DNA of 64,000 nucleotides, taken from Selaginella moellendorffii (lineage: Eukaryota > Plantae > Lycopodiophyta). The stretch covers positions 324,719-388,718 of the forward strand of contig NW_003314373.1 of NCBI RefSeq assembly GCF_000143415.4, in the 5' to 3' direction. Shown in pieces: positions 23,148 to 36,476 of the stretch. The notes beneath the pieces are model-generated. The model was not told the DNA's origin, ran no database searches, and was given only the letters and a program-made list of their open reading frames with translations. The first letter of the stretch is position 1. Every line of letters begins with the position of its first letter. The position numbers and the translations under genes were made by a program.

Positions 23148-23999
23148 GAATAAAAAATATAGTAATAATATATAACTAGCTTAGTAATTTCAAGATATTT
23201 AATGTAATTTTAGGTATAAATTTATCTTTAAATAATATAAAGCTGACAATAATTACTAATACTTCCAAAAAGAATTATTTTGTTCAATAATTATAAATTT
23301 CGTCTATACTTGACATGTCAAATTTGTATTTTTTGTCACTCTAAAACAATAGTAGGCATACTACATGCCTAAAATTGTGTTAACATTTGTAATATGTTAG
23401 CAAAATACAAATGAATGATGTTTTTTGGTTTGCTTAAGCAACGCTATAGAGGAAGTGGGGTGGTACTGGATATACCTAGAATATTAAACACTTTCTAAAC
23501 ACTTTCTAGTATATTCTAGTATTCTACCATCTTGATATTAGATTAATCTTGTGTTTATAAATTATAAACATGTTTATAATTATAAAATTCTGATCAATTG
23601 GATTAATAAATAGGAATAACACTACTATTAAGCAAACCAAGCATTACTGCATGCAACACATAAAAAATTATTATAATTTATTACAATTCTGAGCTTATGT
23701 ATTTTAAGATGTCTCAATAATTATTATATTATATAATTATAGTTTCGAATGGATTATCTGTGAGAAATAATATGTTACTCTTTTTTAATTTAAATTCCGC
23801 TCTAATATATGTTTACTAATAACTCTCACTCCCAAAATTAAAGTAATACATGATTTCTATACTACAATTCTCATTAGATGGCAAATAAACTTCATAATAA
23901 TCAATGATGCTCACTTTGATGTTTTGTGTAGAGTCATATGGATATACCATAGTATATCCATATCTTCCCAAAGCAAAAACTCCTATCACTTAAGACTAA

Positions 24000-26292
24000 T
24001 CTAGTACTATAAGCCGAACTTTGTGGGCTGCCGGATCTGGCCAATCGGTGCCATCAGATGCAGGGTAAACTGGTAAATATCGGTTTCTTACTGCACATCC
24101 TTTTGAAATATTTTTGTGAGGTTTTGGGCCGGCCAGTGGGCATGCGGCACGGCCCCGGCTGGGGGAGGAGGTGTGAGCGACACCCGTCTGCTTGCCTGGT
24201 AAAGCTCTCTTTTTTTCACCACGGCTCCTCCCAGCCACGGGGTTTCCAGGGGAAGCGGGAGAGGGGGCACTGCTGCCCAGCAGCGACAAGGACAGGGGAT
24301 CACTCAGCGATACTGCATTCCCTTTTCCAATGGAAGGAGCCCAAATCGTCAGAGCAGGATTTTGGCGACGAGCAGCTGCAAAGGCGTGGCCGGAGGCATC
24401 GACAGGGAAGCAGTGGCTAGGGATTTTGCTGGAATGGATGGCGAGCAAGGGCGTGGCAGAGCCTGGGGGTGTGGATGTGAGGCACGGGAATTCCTATTTT
24501 TGATCCAGCAGAGGATTCGCTTTCATCACGTACAAAAGTGTTGACGACCCGAGGAAAGCCATAGATGATCCCAACAAGACAACAGTGGTAAGCTTACCCA
24601 AACATACCATGGTTTTTGCTGACGAGTCTATTCTTCCAGGGAATGCACATAATTGTAAAGTGAGCGGCAGATGGTTGGCTCCAGAGCGCGTGACGAGCAA
24701 GTGCTACATCATTGGAGTGGCTTTCTCCGGTGGTGATCGTGAAGACTGAGGAGAGCTTTCTCCACGGCGCACTCAGCAGCGATGGACTGGTGGATATGGC
24801 TGCCAAACTCGCCGAGGGAGTGAGCAGGATGGACAGACGCTTCATGGTGATGGAGTTTCATTGGCAATCCTCACAACTTCATTACGTCTTGGGGTCCATG
24901 AAGCTGGAAAAGAAGAAGAGTGGAAATTCGCTACTCCATGCATACGATGTTAACAAGAGCTTGGAAGACTTCCAATGCTTGGAGATGATCACAAGAGAGT
25001 TTGGAAGTTTTCAGAAGATCACAAGAGCTTCGAAGTTTTCTTTTTGCTACTGGATGATTTGATCAACCAAGAACTCTCTATTTTTACAGTTCATGCAGAA
25101 AAGTTTTTGATCTTTGGGAAAGATTCCACTCGCTGAAAACGCACTGAAAAAGTCCTCATTATAATGTAACGTGGGAGGAATGATGAGCTGGATCCAACAG
25201 CCAGTGAGGCTCCACGTTCCCGGCATTCATACCGGGGCTAGGGTTTTCTCCTCCTGGGCCTCCACGAAAAGGTTGCATCGAAAAGGTTAGTTTTTATGCC
25301 TGTCCATACCCTTTCTATCTGCCCTAATAATTGATCTCCATTTCCAAAAGAAGCTGTTGAAAATAATGTCGCACCTTCAACATGTATTGAATGCTATTCG
25401 ACACAGACATACACATTCCACATACAATGATAACGTTGAAAACACTAACCAGCACCAGCATACATATAGCTTTTACAACAGTAATATTCAAGAGGCTACA
25501 CAGTATTGACATCAAACAAATCTTAATAATCAAACTGAACAGCAGTCAATTTCCAATTCCTATTTGCCCCCTTCACCTCAGATTCACAGCACACTTGCTA
25601 GGAATTACTTATATATTGATACATCTGTTTTGACAATGAATATAGGTCCCTTATCATATATTTGTAAGTATTGTCATGCCTCACACTTTGCTGATGCGAA
25701 CAAGTCTATTTGTTGCCAGAGTGGACAAGTCTACCTGCCTCCAATACTTCTATTACCACCTTTTCTGTATTCTATGTATAACTCACACAAACACTCTAAT
25801 TTCAAGAGTAATATAAGACAATATAATAGTGCACTTGCTTTCACATCTATGGGAGCTAGCATTGATATTTTTACGGGTCATGGTCCATACTGCTATAGAA
25901 TTCATGGACAAATCTATCACAAAATTATGCCACAACATCCTTCAATACATCAAAATCCAAGTTACAGTCAATTGTACATGCTAGACTCCAATGAGGCTAC
26001 TGATATCAGAAAACAAAACCCTTTTAACATTATTTGTGATTATAATTTACTACTTCAACTAGATAAGATACTCCAACATATTAATCCATATGCACAAGCT
26101 TTTAGAATGATGTATGAATTGGAATGAGAAAATATTTCAAGAACTATTACTTCTGGTAGCAATTTACGTGGAGTATATATGCTCATTAAAAATGAAGGCA
26201 CAGACCATCGTTGATATAATACTCCACAAACTAATGATGTTGCATTAGTTTTCCAAAGTGAAGGTGGTGTGCCACCTTTTGACCGTGAAATA
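24000..26292 (+). mobile_element. Truncated, shorter Helitron copy (5' terminus, cargo, start of Rep ORF)
   Basis: A|TCTAGTACTATAAG start as at 30556; colinear with 34685-37400; Rep N-terminal motifs CKYC, CCQSG, NIRQYNSALAFTS. Confidence 0.8.
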
Positions 26293-26299
26293 TGGAGAA

Positions 26300-26719
26300 T
26301 ATAGAAGAATGAATAGTAAAGTAAGAACAAATAAAGAAAGCAATCCAACGGATGAACAGAAGAAAACAAGATGAAAGAAATAAGAAACAAACAGCAAAAT
26401 AGCAAAACAAAAAGCTATTAGAACGATGGACTATCAAGATAGAAAGAGATATGTATACATGCCAAAACTTTGATGCTATGGCTGTCGCAGTGCGCTTCAC
26501 TCACAAGAGATTGAGCCGCCTTGTCGAGCTTGAGCTGATTCCTGGCTGAGATGGTAACAAATGCCCCTTGGAGGGCCCAATGCTGCTGGAAGCTCCTGTG
26601 ATAAAGATGTGCTTACCCGCCAGCGATGGGATAGCCAGTTTCTTCCTCCTGCCAAATGTAAGAAATGCAAATGCCACCGCCGCTACCGCTGCCGCTCCTG
26701 CTGCCACTAGCCCCGCCAT
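26300..26719 (-). pseudogene. 5' fragment of the TSC10-like gene
   Basis: MAGLVAAG...HIFITGASSSIG followed by a frameshifting deletion; ends inside intron 1. Confidence 0.88.
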
Positions 26720-27018
26720 TGCTACACCAATTCACTCTTTTCGATTTGGGGTCTATCTTTACTTTACTGCTACACTCTTTTGATTTTGATAAAATTGATA
26801 ATTCTTGATCTTTTCGTTAAATAAAAGAATACTGATTGCTATGGAAGTTGGCCCCAAGCATGCTCTATTGTGTCTTGTTCTAGAACCCAGAATTATTGGG
26901 TTTGTCTTTTTTTTACTATAGCATTATTTTTAAAAGTTGTAATAACTAAGCATATCCTATTTTAATGCTATTTCAAAAGCCTTTATAAAGCAGATATAAA
27001 CCATTTCATACTTAGAGA

Positions 27019-27471
27019 ATGACAGAGTTTGTTGTAGTTGTTTTCCTTTGTTCATTTTTACTATATTTTTTTTTAGTTGGTGGGTATTTGCTAAGTGAAG
27101 CAACTCAAGATTGTATATCAATTGGTACACAAGATCCACCTTCTCCCCAAGCATATTGTCATGTAACAAATCTGTGTAAAGCTAGGTACTTTAATAATTT
27201 TTGGGAAAATGGAGAATATACTGCCTCAGGAGGAGGAATACATGTCACAATTACTGTTAATTCTATGTATAGTAGGGCATCAATTCAACAAGATATAGAA
27301 CAAGCTTTTAATTTCATATGGACTAGATGTATAGCAGTGCTACATCAGATGGGTGGTTTTGTTTATTTGAATGATGGAAGTTTATCAGTTAATGTTCAGA
27401 TTGAACGAAGAAGAGAGTTATTAAAAGATTTTGATAAAATTAAAATAACAAAAGAATGTTCATCTTTATAA
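27019..27471 (+). CDS. Small secreted protein, putative LDL/Y3-lectin or DUF26-like fold (copy 2)
   Basis: Intact 150-aa ORF with 12 aa differences from copy 1. Confidence 0.75.
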   Translation: MTEFVVVVFLCSFLLYFFLVGGYLLSEATQDCISIGTQDPPSPQAYCHVTNLCKARYFNNFWENGEYTASGGGIHVTITVNSMYSRASIQQDIEQAFNFIWTRCIAVLHQMGGFVYLNDGSLSVNVQIERRRELLKDFDKIKITKECSSL

Positions 27472-29493
27472 ATACCATTAATACTATGAGAATATATCAT
27501 TAGCTAGAAATTTAAAATAAAAATTAATAAAATCATATAATCCAGAGTGTAGTGTTTAAAATAAATAATAAAACATATATTAAAACTATGATAATGAAAC
27601 ATGACTTATGACATAAAATGAAAAAAATAAATATTAAGTGGTAGTATAGTTTTAAAAAAACATATTTCCAAAATATTTTTTAATATAAGATAGTTAGAGA
27701 TATTATAATTAAATTCATTAGTTTCATTGTGAGAGAAATAATTTACTATACTTTCCTAGCAGCAATATCTGGTCTTCTTTGGGTTAGTTTCCAACAAAAA
27801 AAGTTAGAGAGGAGGAATTTAAAAAACTACCCCTAAATCTCATAAGTTTTGATACGATAGTTTGATGATGATTAAACTTGTACATATAAGATAATAATTT
27901 GTTGCACATTACATGCTTTTGAGAATGTCATTGAAGTCATACCTAAAACTTGAAAACGCTCTTTTTACATCATCCTCAATTTCCCATATAACTTCGTCCA
28001 TAGAATAACCATTCCACCAAACTAACAACTCCCAAATTATCTTGCAATTTGTTTCACCAACCTTTAAACAAGAATATTAGTTAGATCAACTTTATTAACA
28101 TCAATCTTTGGGACCTAAAATTCACATCACTAGAGTATAAATATGTTTCAAACTTCTTTACATAAAATGTTGCATATGCAATAAAATTGAAGATAATACA
28201 ATACAATATTGTGGACCTTTTAGATATTGTTATGCATTTAATAGTTTAAGGAAAATTTTGTCAAACCAACTTTATATTTCTGATAATGATGATGTGCATT
28301 AGCCAATTTCTTGTTTCGTTCTTGAACTTGTCTTATGTTCAACTTTGCCACTTTCATATCCTCAAAAAAATCACCAGTATAAGGCACTCAAACTAAAGCT
28401 AAATTTAAACTCATGAGAGACTTAGGCTTATAGCTATATATGACCATGAATAGAAACATGTAAATATCCAATTGATGAGTGTTATTATGAGCAATCTAGA
28501 GTAAAGGCAAGTGATTCTCCCATACTCTTAATATCAAGTCAAGTTTTTTATAAAAGTCTTTAGCATATATTCCAATAGCTAGTGTATAATTTTTATTTGT
28601 TTATTTGATTATGGATGTTTGCCACTAGTTATACTCAATTTATCTCTAACTTTTCAAAAATCATTTGCCAAAACTTATCCTCTCCCTTTAACCTATCTGG
28701 AAAAGGGGTAATTATTTAATGTGAGAGTTTTTAATGGCTACTTAATCCCTATATATCTTCTAAACTTCCAAAAATCCACAATGACAATATATCTAAATTT
28801 CATCCCATGATCACATGTGCTACATTTAGTCAAAATGTTTGTGATGATATATTAATATCTCACAAATATGGTCCACATGTCAAAGTTCAATAGAAGTGAG
28901 ATATATATGATAATTAATGTTTTTTTCAAATTTTAAAAATTGTAAAATTTTAGTATTTTTTCCAATACAAATCAATCACTGCACTATTGTGGTAAATTCC
29001 AAATGTCTACATTTTAAAAAAACTGGAAAAAACATCAATTGCCTGATGAGTCTAAGAAAGAGAAAAGGATTGATTGATTCAGCCAGACTTAAGAAAAAAC
29101 AAATTGAGGGCAGCTTTTAGGGGTTTGAATGTGGTTGTTATACTAAACAATATGTTGGTAATATTCATAAAATTCTTATATAAATTTATAAACAAAATCA
29201 TTATATGTCAAGAATTAATACTGATAAAATTACAAAAAAAAACCAAAAAAGTACAAATACATGTTTAGTTTTTAATATATATCTTTATATATCTTTGTCT
29301 TATTCAATATTGGATGTTTTCTATAATTTATTGCTTCTTAACTATGAATTTATCAAAATTAAATACAAGTTTTAACTGTTTCAATTGTCCATACCATTGT
29401 TTTTTTAGAACTTTAAATGCTTTTATTTATAACATCACTACAACATTTTTAATTAATATAAAATCTCATATAATACTTATATTATCTTCTTCT

Positions 29494-29898
29494 CTATTGA
29501 AATATTACATCATCATAAACATCATGTGAATAATGACCATCAAATGCCCAATTTTGCCATCCATACCAACCTGTAGTTTTAAAATGACCATTACCAATAA
29601 AAGATACACCATCAAATGGTACATTATTTATTATTTTAGAGCACTTTTCTGCTGATAGTGTATCATAATCAAAGTAAGCAAATTCATTACCTTTTCTCCA
29701 TAAAATAACATTTGCTTGATAAACATTACAATTTGCAAGAGCAAATTTCATATCTGGAGCCCAATTAAAATTATCTTTTCCTTCAATGATTGTTACTGTA
29801 TAAAGAAGTTATTAATTAAGGATTAAGTTCAAAATGTTATACTTACACTGATATATATTAAATAAAACTAAAAGATAGAACCAGGTATTAAAACCCAT
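29494..29898 (-). CDS. Small secreted protein with GW.NWAF motif (copy 2), 2 exons
   Basis: Same ATG, intron and frame as 22743-23147. Confidence 0.8.
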
Positions 29899-30994
29899 GA
29901 ATAAAAAATATAGTAATAATATATAGCTAGCTTAGTAATTTCAAGATATTTAATGTAATTTTAAGTATAAATTTATCTTTAAATAATATAAAGCTGACAA
30001 TAATTACTAATACTTCCAAAAAGAATTATTTTGTTCAATAATTATAAATTTCCTCTATACTTGACACGTCAAATTTATATTTTTTGTCACTCTAAAACAA
30101 TAGTAGGCATACTACATACCTAAAATTGTGTTAACATTTGTAATATGTTAGCAAAATGCAAATGAATGATGTTTTTTGGTTTGCTTAAGCAATGCTAAAG
30201 TGGGGTGGTAGTGGATATACCTAGAATATTCCTGGATATTTTAGGATATTCTACCACTTAAGTGTTATTCATTTAGATTAATCTTGTATTTATAATTTAA
30301 ATAATTGTATTTAGAAATAATATGTTACTCTTTTTTAATTTAAATTCTGCTCTGATATATGTTTACTAATAACTCTCACTCCCAAAATTAAAGTAATACA
30401 TGATTTCTATACTACAATTCTCATTAGATGGCAAATAAACTTAATAATAATCAATGATGCTCACTTTGAGGTTTTGTGTAGAGTCATATGGATATACCAT
30501 AGTCTATCCATATCCTCCCAAAGCAAAAACTATCATACTTATCACTTAAGACTAATCTAGTACTATAAGGAGCAAACGCCAAACTTTGTGGGCTGCCGGA
30601 TCCAGCCAATCGGGGCCGTCCAATGGGGGGGTAACTGTTAAGGGGTTATTTCTTTAACCACGTGTTAGCAAATAATCACGCTGATGTTTGCTCCTGGCCA
30701 ATGGGAGGCAGCCAAGCCATGTGTGGCGGGAGAGGAAGGCCCGACGACGCATGTCACATGCAATATGTTGACTGTTGTTGTCTGTCAAGCGAATTAGTTT
30801 TGTTTTGTATGTTTTTCTAGGGTTTATGAGACAGCGAAAGAGCCCCTGCCGCTGCTGCCAATTCACGATCCAAATCGGAGGCGCTGTGTCAACGCTGGTG
30901 TCTTTGCTCCTGAGAACCATCGCAAGTTGCTATTTGTCATTCTTCTTTCATAACTTTGGTATTCTCATACACGATGTGTCTCTGCTTTTGGCTC

Positions 30995-31205
30995 TTCATC
31001 GCGTTACCGTGAGGAGTTCCATCAAATCAAGGTATTTGTGGTGCGTAGAATTTGTATGATCTTCATTCTTACTCCACTGTCAGGAAATGGGACGAGGCAA
31101 TTTAAGCTCTTAAACGCTTTGAAGCACATTCACTCGGCACAGCCTTGCTCACCTGGACGTGAAGCCTGACAACATCTACATCTGCAATTGCATCTACAAG
31201 ATTCG
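30995..31205 (+). pseudogene. WEE1: Captured WEE1 kinase fragments
   Basis: SRYREEFHQIK|intron|EMGRGN fused to LKHIHS/LAHLDVKPDNIYICNCIYKI. Confidence 0.75.
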
Positions 31206-33007
31206 CTCTGAGACCGTGCTGCCGAGGTAGAGGCTGCGGAGGCTATGACAACTGCAAAGTTATTACTACTGCTCGATGAGCAAGACAGGAAGCTAAACAG
31301 CACCGCTTCCACGACCAACCTCAATGGAGTTCATGTTAGCTTGGACTCCCCCGAGGTTCCTGGAACTCCACGAATCATGGAGCATAACAACAGTAGCGGC
31401 AGCCATGGGAATGGGATGAATGAAGACGTGCTAACACTGGAAGGTTGGATTTTTTTTGTTTGGATCTTCTCTGGTACTAAGCTTTCGAAATGATCGAGTA
31501 GATATGCAGCAGTTCCAGTCGAGCAATCCCTTTGGATTCATCATGGACGTGCTGGAGGGCGAAGGTGGTGATGAGAGTGAAGCTCTTCATCCACTTCCCA
31601 ATGATGCTTACGTCACAGTCATATGATAGAACTTGATTACTCACTTTGGAAACTTCTAGCAGCACCAATGGGAATGGACACAACCTTCCCGAGAGTCCAT
31701 TCGCCAGCCTGCATCACAGCGAGAGCTCTTCCAACTTGCACATACCGAAAGAACACCACGATCAACCTCCATCTCTGTCAATCGAATTTTTCAACCTTGC
31801 ACCGCCACACAACAACATCATTTGCTGCATTTGTCTCAGTAAGTCCCACTCTCGCAAATTGTTGTAACAATCTAAGCTTACTTCGTTTCTTCCTGTTCTT
31901 TGTCCAGAGCACTGCGTAGAGCCATCCAAACTGGACCGCAGCCATACCTTTTGCGTGCAGTGTATCCTGAAGGTAAAAATCTCTCTTTTCTCTCTTGACT
32001 TTAAACTTTGCTCATTGTTCTCTTCATTTTCTCCAGGTTATCAAAGGATGAATGTCCAATCTGTTGACAACACATAGACAGCCAAGTATACAAAATCTTA
32101 CAAAACAGGGATTTACAGTCCTAGCTCTCCCCGACAGCACTAAGTCACAGAATCCCGCAACACATATGGTAGGAAGAACAGCAACAAAACAGCGAAAAGA
32201 AGAAAATTTACCAACACCACAACACAACAAAACAATGGGAGGCGGCCAAACCGGAGAGGAAGGAGCAGCAATGCATGTCGCATGCAAAGTGTTGATGGTG
32301 ACTACACCTGCTGTCTCTCCTGTCGAGTGAAAATGCCCAATGACATGGCAAAAATTAAGCAAGGCTTTGGACCAACGGCTGTGATTAACCCAAACTTAAT
32401 CAATTGCTTCATTCAGGATCTCTCTCTCCGATAGCAGCGGCAGCTAGCAATTCTAATAAGGGGTCTCAAAACCATGTAGATTAAAATTACCAGCCATCGC
32501 CAGATGATGTTTCTTTGCAGCAGCAACCAGTTCTAAGTGATTTAGAGATGGGTGGAGAGAGCAGTGAACTAGGTTTGTGTTTATCTTGATAAGGCAAAAT
32601 TTAATCACTTTTCTTTCCAGGATCTAAGCGCCTTACACATCTTAGTGCTTCAAGTACTTTGTCTATTCCAATACAATGCTTTACAGCTTGAGGAATAGGT
32701 GTACAAGAAAATTTCAAACAACCGTTACATTTTCAAAGTCCCTTTGCTAGTTTAGCAGGTATTGGCACTTGGCTTTTTTGCTTTTTAAACCTTATTTATG
32801 GCCAGATCCAGGCGTTCAGACACAGACTTCCAGCCAAGTGCCCCGTGCGATTGTAGGAGGTACTGCTCAATTTTAGAATGCTTTTTTTTAGTTATGGGTT
32901 AATAATGGGATTTTTTAGCTAAACGCAAGTTATATAGCATTCTAGACCCTGACATATGGAATCTAATTGCTTCCTCTGAGGAAACACAATATACATGTGT
33001 TCATATT

Positions 33008-34250
33008 GTGGATCTACAACTTCATTTAGGCGGTGAGCTGCTTCTTATATATGTATTATCTCGATACGGTAGTTATGATTTCCAACATGAGGTCCACTCA
33101 ACAAGAATGGCATCAACATCAAGGTTCCTTAACATCGATTTCACTGACAGCTACGGCATGCACCTTGCGACAGCTTTGATGGCAACCAATGCTACTAATA
33201 AATATAGCCACCTTTTCAAGTTAGGTCACTGGTTGTGTATTCAACACTACAAGGTTAGAGCTAAGAATCCGAAATATCATTTGGGGCTCCATTGTTTCTT
33301 AGTAGATATTTCTACGGCCACACATGTTTGAGCATGGCCAGAGAAGGCTCCTCTAGTGCTTGACTTTGTTAGGCCATCAAACATTGTTCCACTGAATCAG
33401 TTTGCAAGGGATGCTTCTGCTTATACTTCTGCAACGGTTGCTGCGGCAATCATTAGTGTGGACCAAATGCCTAACACTATAAACATCATATTCATTGCTA
33501 ATGATCTTGAAGCTGAAAACACTTATAAGGTATTTGTAATATTATGATTGAATTTTTTGGGTGAACTTCAAAAACAAGTGCATGTGCTAGGTGATATGGA
33601 CCATGTCTATCATGAGCTCAAATCGTCATGGTTTGCTAGGGACATGCCAAGTCATATTTTCTACAATCTCCGAGGAACTAAAGATAAAAATGTGTTCAGG
33701 ATTGCACCCTCGACTATTGTCTTGAAAATTCCTGATGATATGCTTTGGGACCACATATAGAAACAACTGCACTTTATTTCATTCATATATGGAAAAAACT
33801 TCTTTGGGGTATGTCTTTCTTGATCTTTACCAGTGGTTCATGATGCATATTTTGTCAATAGGTGCATGGCCACTTTATCCCTGAAAATCCTCGAGTGATC
33901 TCTATTTGTTGCGGCTGCCATGTTTGCAAAAAGTTCAAGGTCAAGAAACAAACACGAGATATTGGTTGGTGTCACCATTGCAAGAATGAACAACTGTTTT
34001 TTTAAATTTTGCAGGTCCATGGCAAATTCTATCCAGATAATGGCCACCCCCAAGACGTTTGCATGGAGGACACTTATATAGACCAAACATATGGTCTTAC
34101 TCCTGGCCAGTTTTTAAGAATGTTCACTTTTGCTTGGATGTCTGGGGCAATCAAGCTTTTGGAGACAAAGAAGCCACCAACAGGCCACTTCTTATTCTAG
34201 ACTAGTGCCGATGAGAGCTTGCCAAAAGTTATTGCATTCAAGGCTGATTA
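33008..34250 (+). pseudogene. RPA70-like OB-fold gene remnant of the Helitron
   Basis: FLNIDFTDSYG...KYSHLFKLGHWLCIQHYKV...H...VDISTATHV OB-fold pattern; later CHVC zinc-ribbon-like motif; internal stops. Confidence 0.55.
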
Positions 34251-34510
34251 AAGTACTATACACTTTCATTTCATGTTCCATAGTGTGTTTTTCTTTTTTG
34301 TTTGTATAATATACTGTCTATAAGCTTGCTACATAGTTGTATTTGAGATCAATTGTATTATTACAACTTCAAAGTCTCTTGCAAGAATCTCAGCCAAAGC
34401 AGGTATGCCAATCATCTTAGCGACTTCTTTAAAATGTAACAACACTGCCTCCACCACATATTTAACACTATTTCATATTTCTCTTGCAGAAAAGAAAAAT
34501 GTGATAAGAA

Positions 34511-34684
34511 CCTTCCTGTTTGTTTGAGCATGTCCATCATCTTGGTCTGGAAAACTGGATCCACAACCTCCACGCTGACACCAGTGCCACTCTGCGGCAT
34601 CGCAAAAACATCGATGACTCGGACAGTGTACTCATCCATAAAATCACCTAGCATGAGACCCATAACTTCCATTGGCACACCAGC
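34511..34684 (-). pseudogene. RPN11: Captured exon of 26S proteasome subunit RPN11
   Basis: [56 protein letters not shown] followed by a GT donor-like site. Confidence 0.92.
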
Positions 34685-36277
34685 TTAGATGCGGGGTAAA
34701 CCGGTAAATATCGGTTTCTTACCACACGTCCTTTTGAAATATTTTTGCGAGGTTTTGGGCCGGCCAGTGGGCACGTGGCACGGCCCCGGCTGGGGGAGGA
34801 GGGTGTGAGTGACACCCGTTTGCTTGCCTGGTAAAGCTCTCTTTTTTTCACCACAGCTCCTCCCAGCCACGGGGTTTCCAGGGGAAGCGGGAGAGGGGGC
34901 ACTGCTGCCCAGCAGCGACAAGGACAGGGGATCGCTCGGTGATGCTGCATTCCCTTTTCCAGCAGAAGGAGCCCAAATCGCCTGAGTAGGATTTTGGCGA
35001 CGAGCAGCTGCAATGGTGTGGCCGGAGGCATCGACAGGGAAGTAGCGGCCAGGGATTTTGCTGGAATGGATGGCGAGCAAGGGCGTGGCAGAGCCTGGAG
35101 GTGTGGAGGTGAGGCACGGGAATTCCTATTTTTGATCCAGCAGGGGATTCGCTTTGATCCATCACTCACCCACACAATAGACACAACAGTGGTGCGATGG
35201 GACAGGGAGCACAAACTCACACAGTAAGCAAAGCATTATCGCTCTGCTTGATAACACGTGCTTTGTTTTATTCGCTGAACAGGTCCCCGGAAAGCTTGGC
35301 AGCCGCTTTGCTCAATTTTTGGATGAGAGCCGAGCGAGCAAGCCATGTTCAAGACGATGGAGAGCCAATCATGCCCTGCAAGCTTTGACTGCTTACTTCC
35401 GTCTTGCAACCATCTTCGTTCCATACAAGGAAAGGAGAAAAAATGAGAAGAAGCATTCTCTCGGTTGGGGGACTGGGAGGAAAATAATTCACACGACCAA
35501 GTAAGCAGTAATGTGAGATAGATCCCTGTGGCCGAATGGAATTGGAGCTTAGTGTTCCTATTCACAACGAATTGGTGGCCACATATTCCCATGGTAGTTT
35601 CTCTCTTCCTCTTCTTTGTTCGTATTTTTAATAGTTTTGTTTCGTTTCAGGTTTTGGAGTGACTCTTCCAAGCAAGCAAGCAAGTGATGGACTGGTGGAT
35701 ATGGCTGCCAAACTCGCCGAGGGAACGAGCAGGATGGACAGACGCTTCATGGTGATGGAGATTCGTTGGCAATCCTCACGGCTTCGTTACGTCTTGGGGT
35801 CTGTGAGGCTGGAAAAGAAGAAGAGTGGAAATCCGCTACTCCATGCATATGATGTTGACAAGAGCTTGGAAGATTTCCAATGCTTGGAGATGATCACAAG
35901 AGAGTTTGGAAATTTTCAGAAGATCACAAGAGCTTCGAAGTTTTATTTTTGCTACTGGATGATTTTATCAACCAAGAACTCTCTGTTTTTACAGTTTGAG
36001 CAGCAAAGTTTTTGATCTTTGGGAAAGATTCCACTCACTGAAAACACACTGAAAAAGTCCTCATTATAATGTAACGTGGGAAGAATGATGAGCTGGATCC
36101 AACGGCCAGTGAGGCTCCACGTTCCCCCGGGGCTATGGTTTTCTCCTCCTGGGCCGCCACACGACGGGATGATCCTCCATTCGAGCTCGCAGATCTGAGG
36201 TGCCGTGCTGCTGCACGAATTCCCGGGCTGATCAATTGGAGCATGCACCTCGCAGATCCCAATTTGGTGGAGGAAAC

Positions 36278-36335
36278 ATGGCACTCGCAGTGAGGTAGCA
36301 AAAATGTAAGTCTTGCGAGAAGACACTGTATCAGG
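36278..36335 (+). pseudogene. Captured N-terminal fragment of a plant two-LIM-domain protein
   Basis: MALAVR*QKCKSCEKTLYQ versus the typical MAFAGT.QKCKACEKTVY. Confidence 0.55.
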
Positions 36336-36476
36336 TAACACACATCAATCTGCTCCTTTTTGGCATGCATCGAAAAGGTTAGTTTTTATGTCTGTCCATA
36401 CCCCTCAGTAAATATCTTTTGCTTTCTATCTGCCCTAATAATTGATCTCCATTTCCAAAAGAAGCTGTTGAAAACA

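Larger units (their letters stand above)
26300..30555. repeat. Tandem segmental duplicate of ~19790-23999
   Basis: Colinear high similarity covering the TSC10 5' end, both secreted-protein genes and the Helitron insertion point. Confidence 0.92.

Noticed and set aside
23996-24448. GC-rich overlapping ORFs, repeated at 34685-35220
   Set aside because: Non-coding Helitron internal sequence; frames are not conserved between copies
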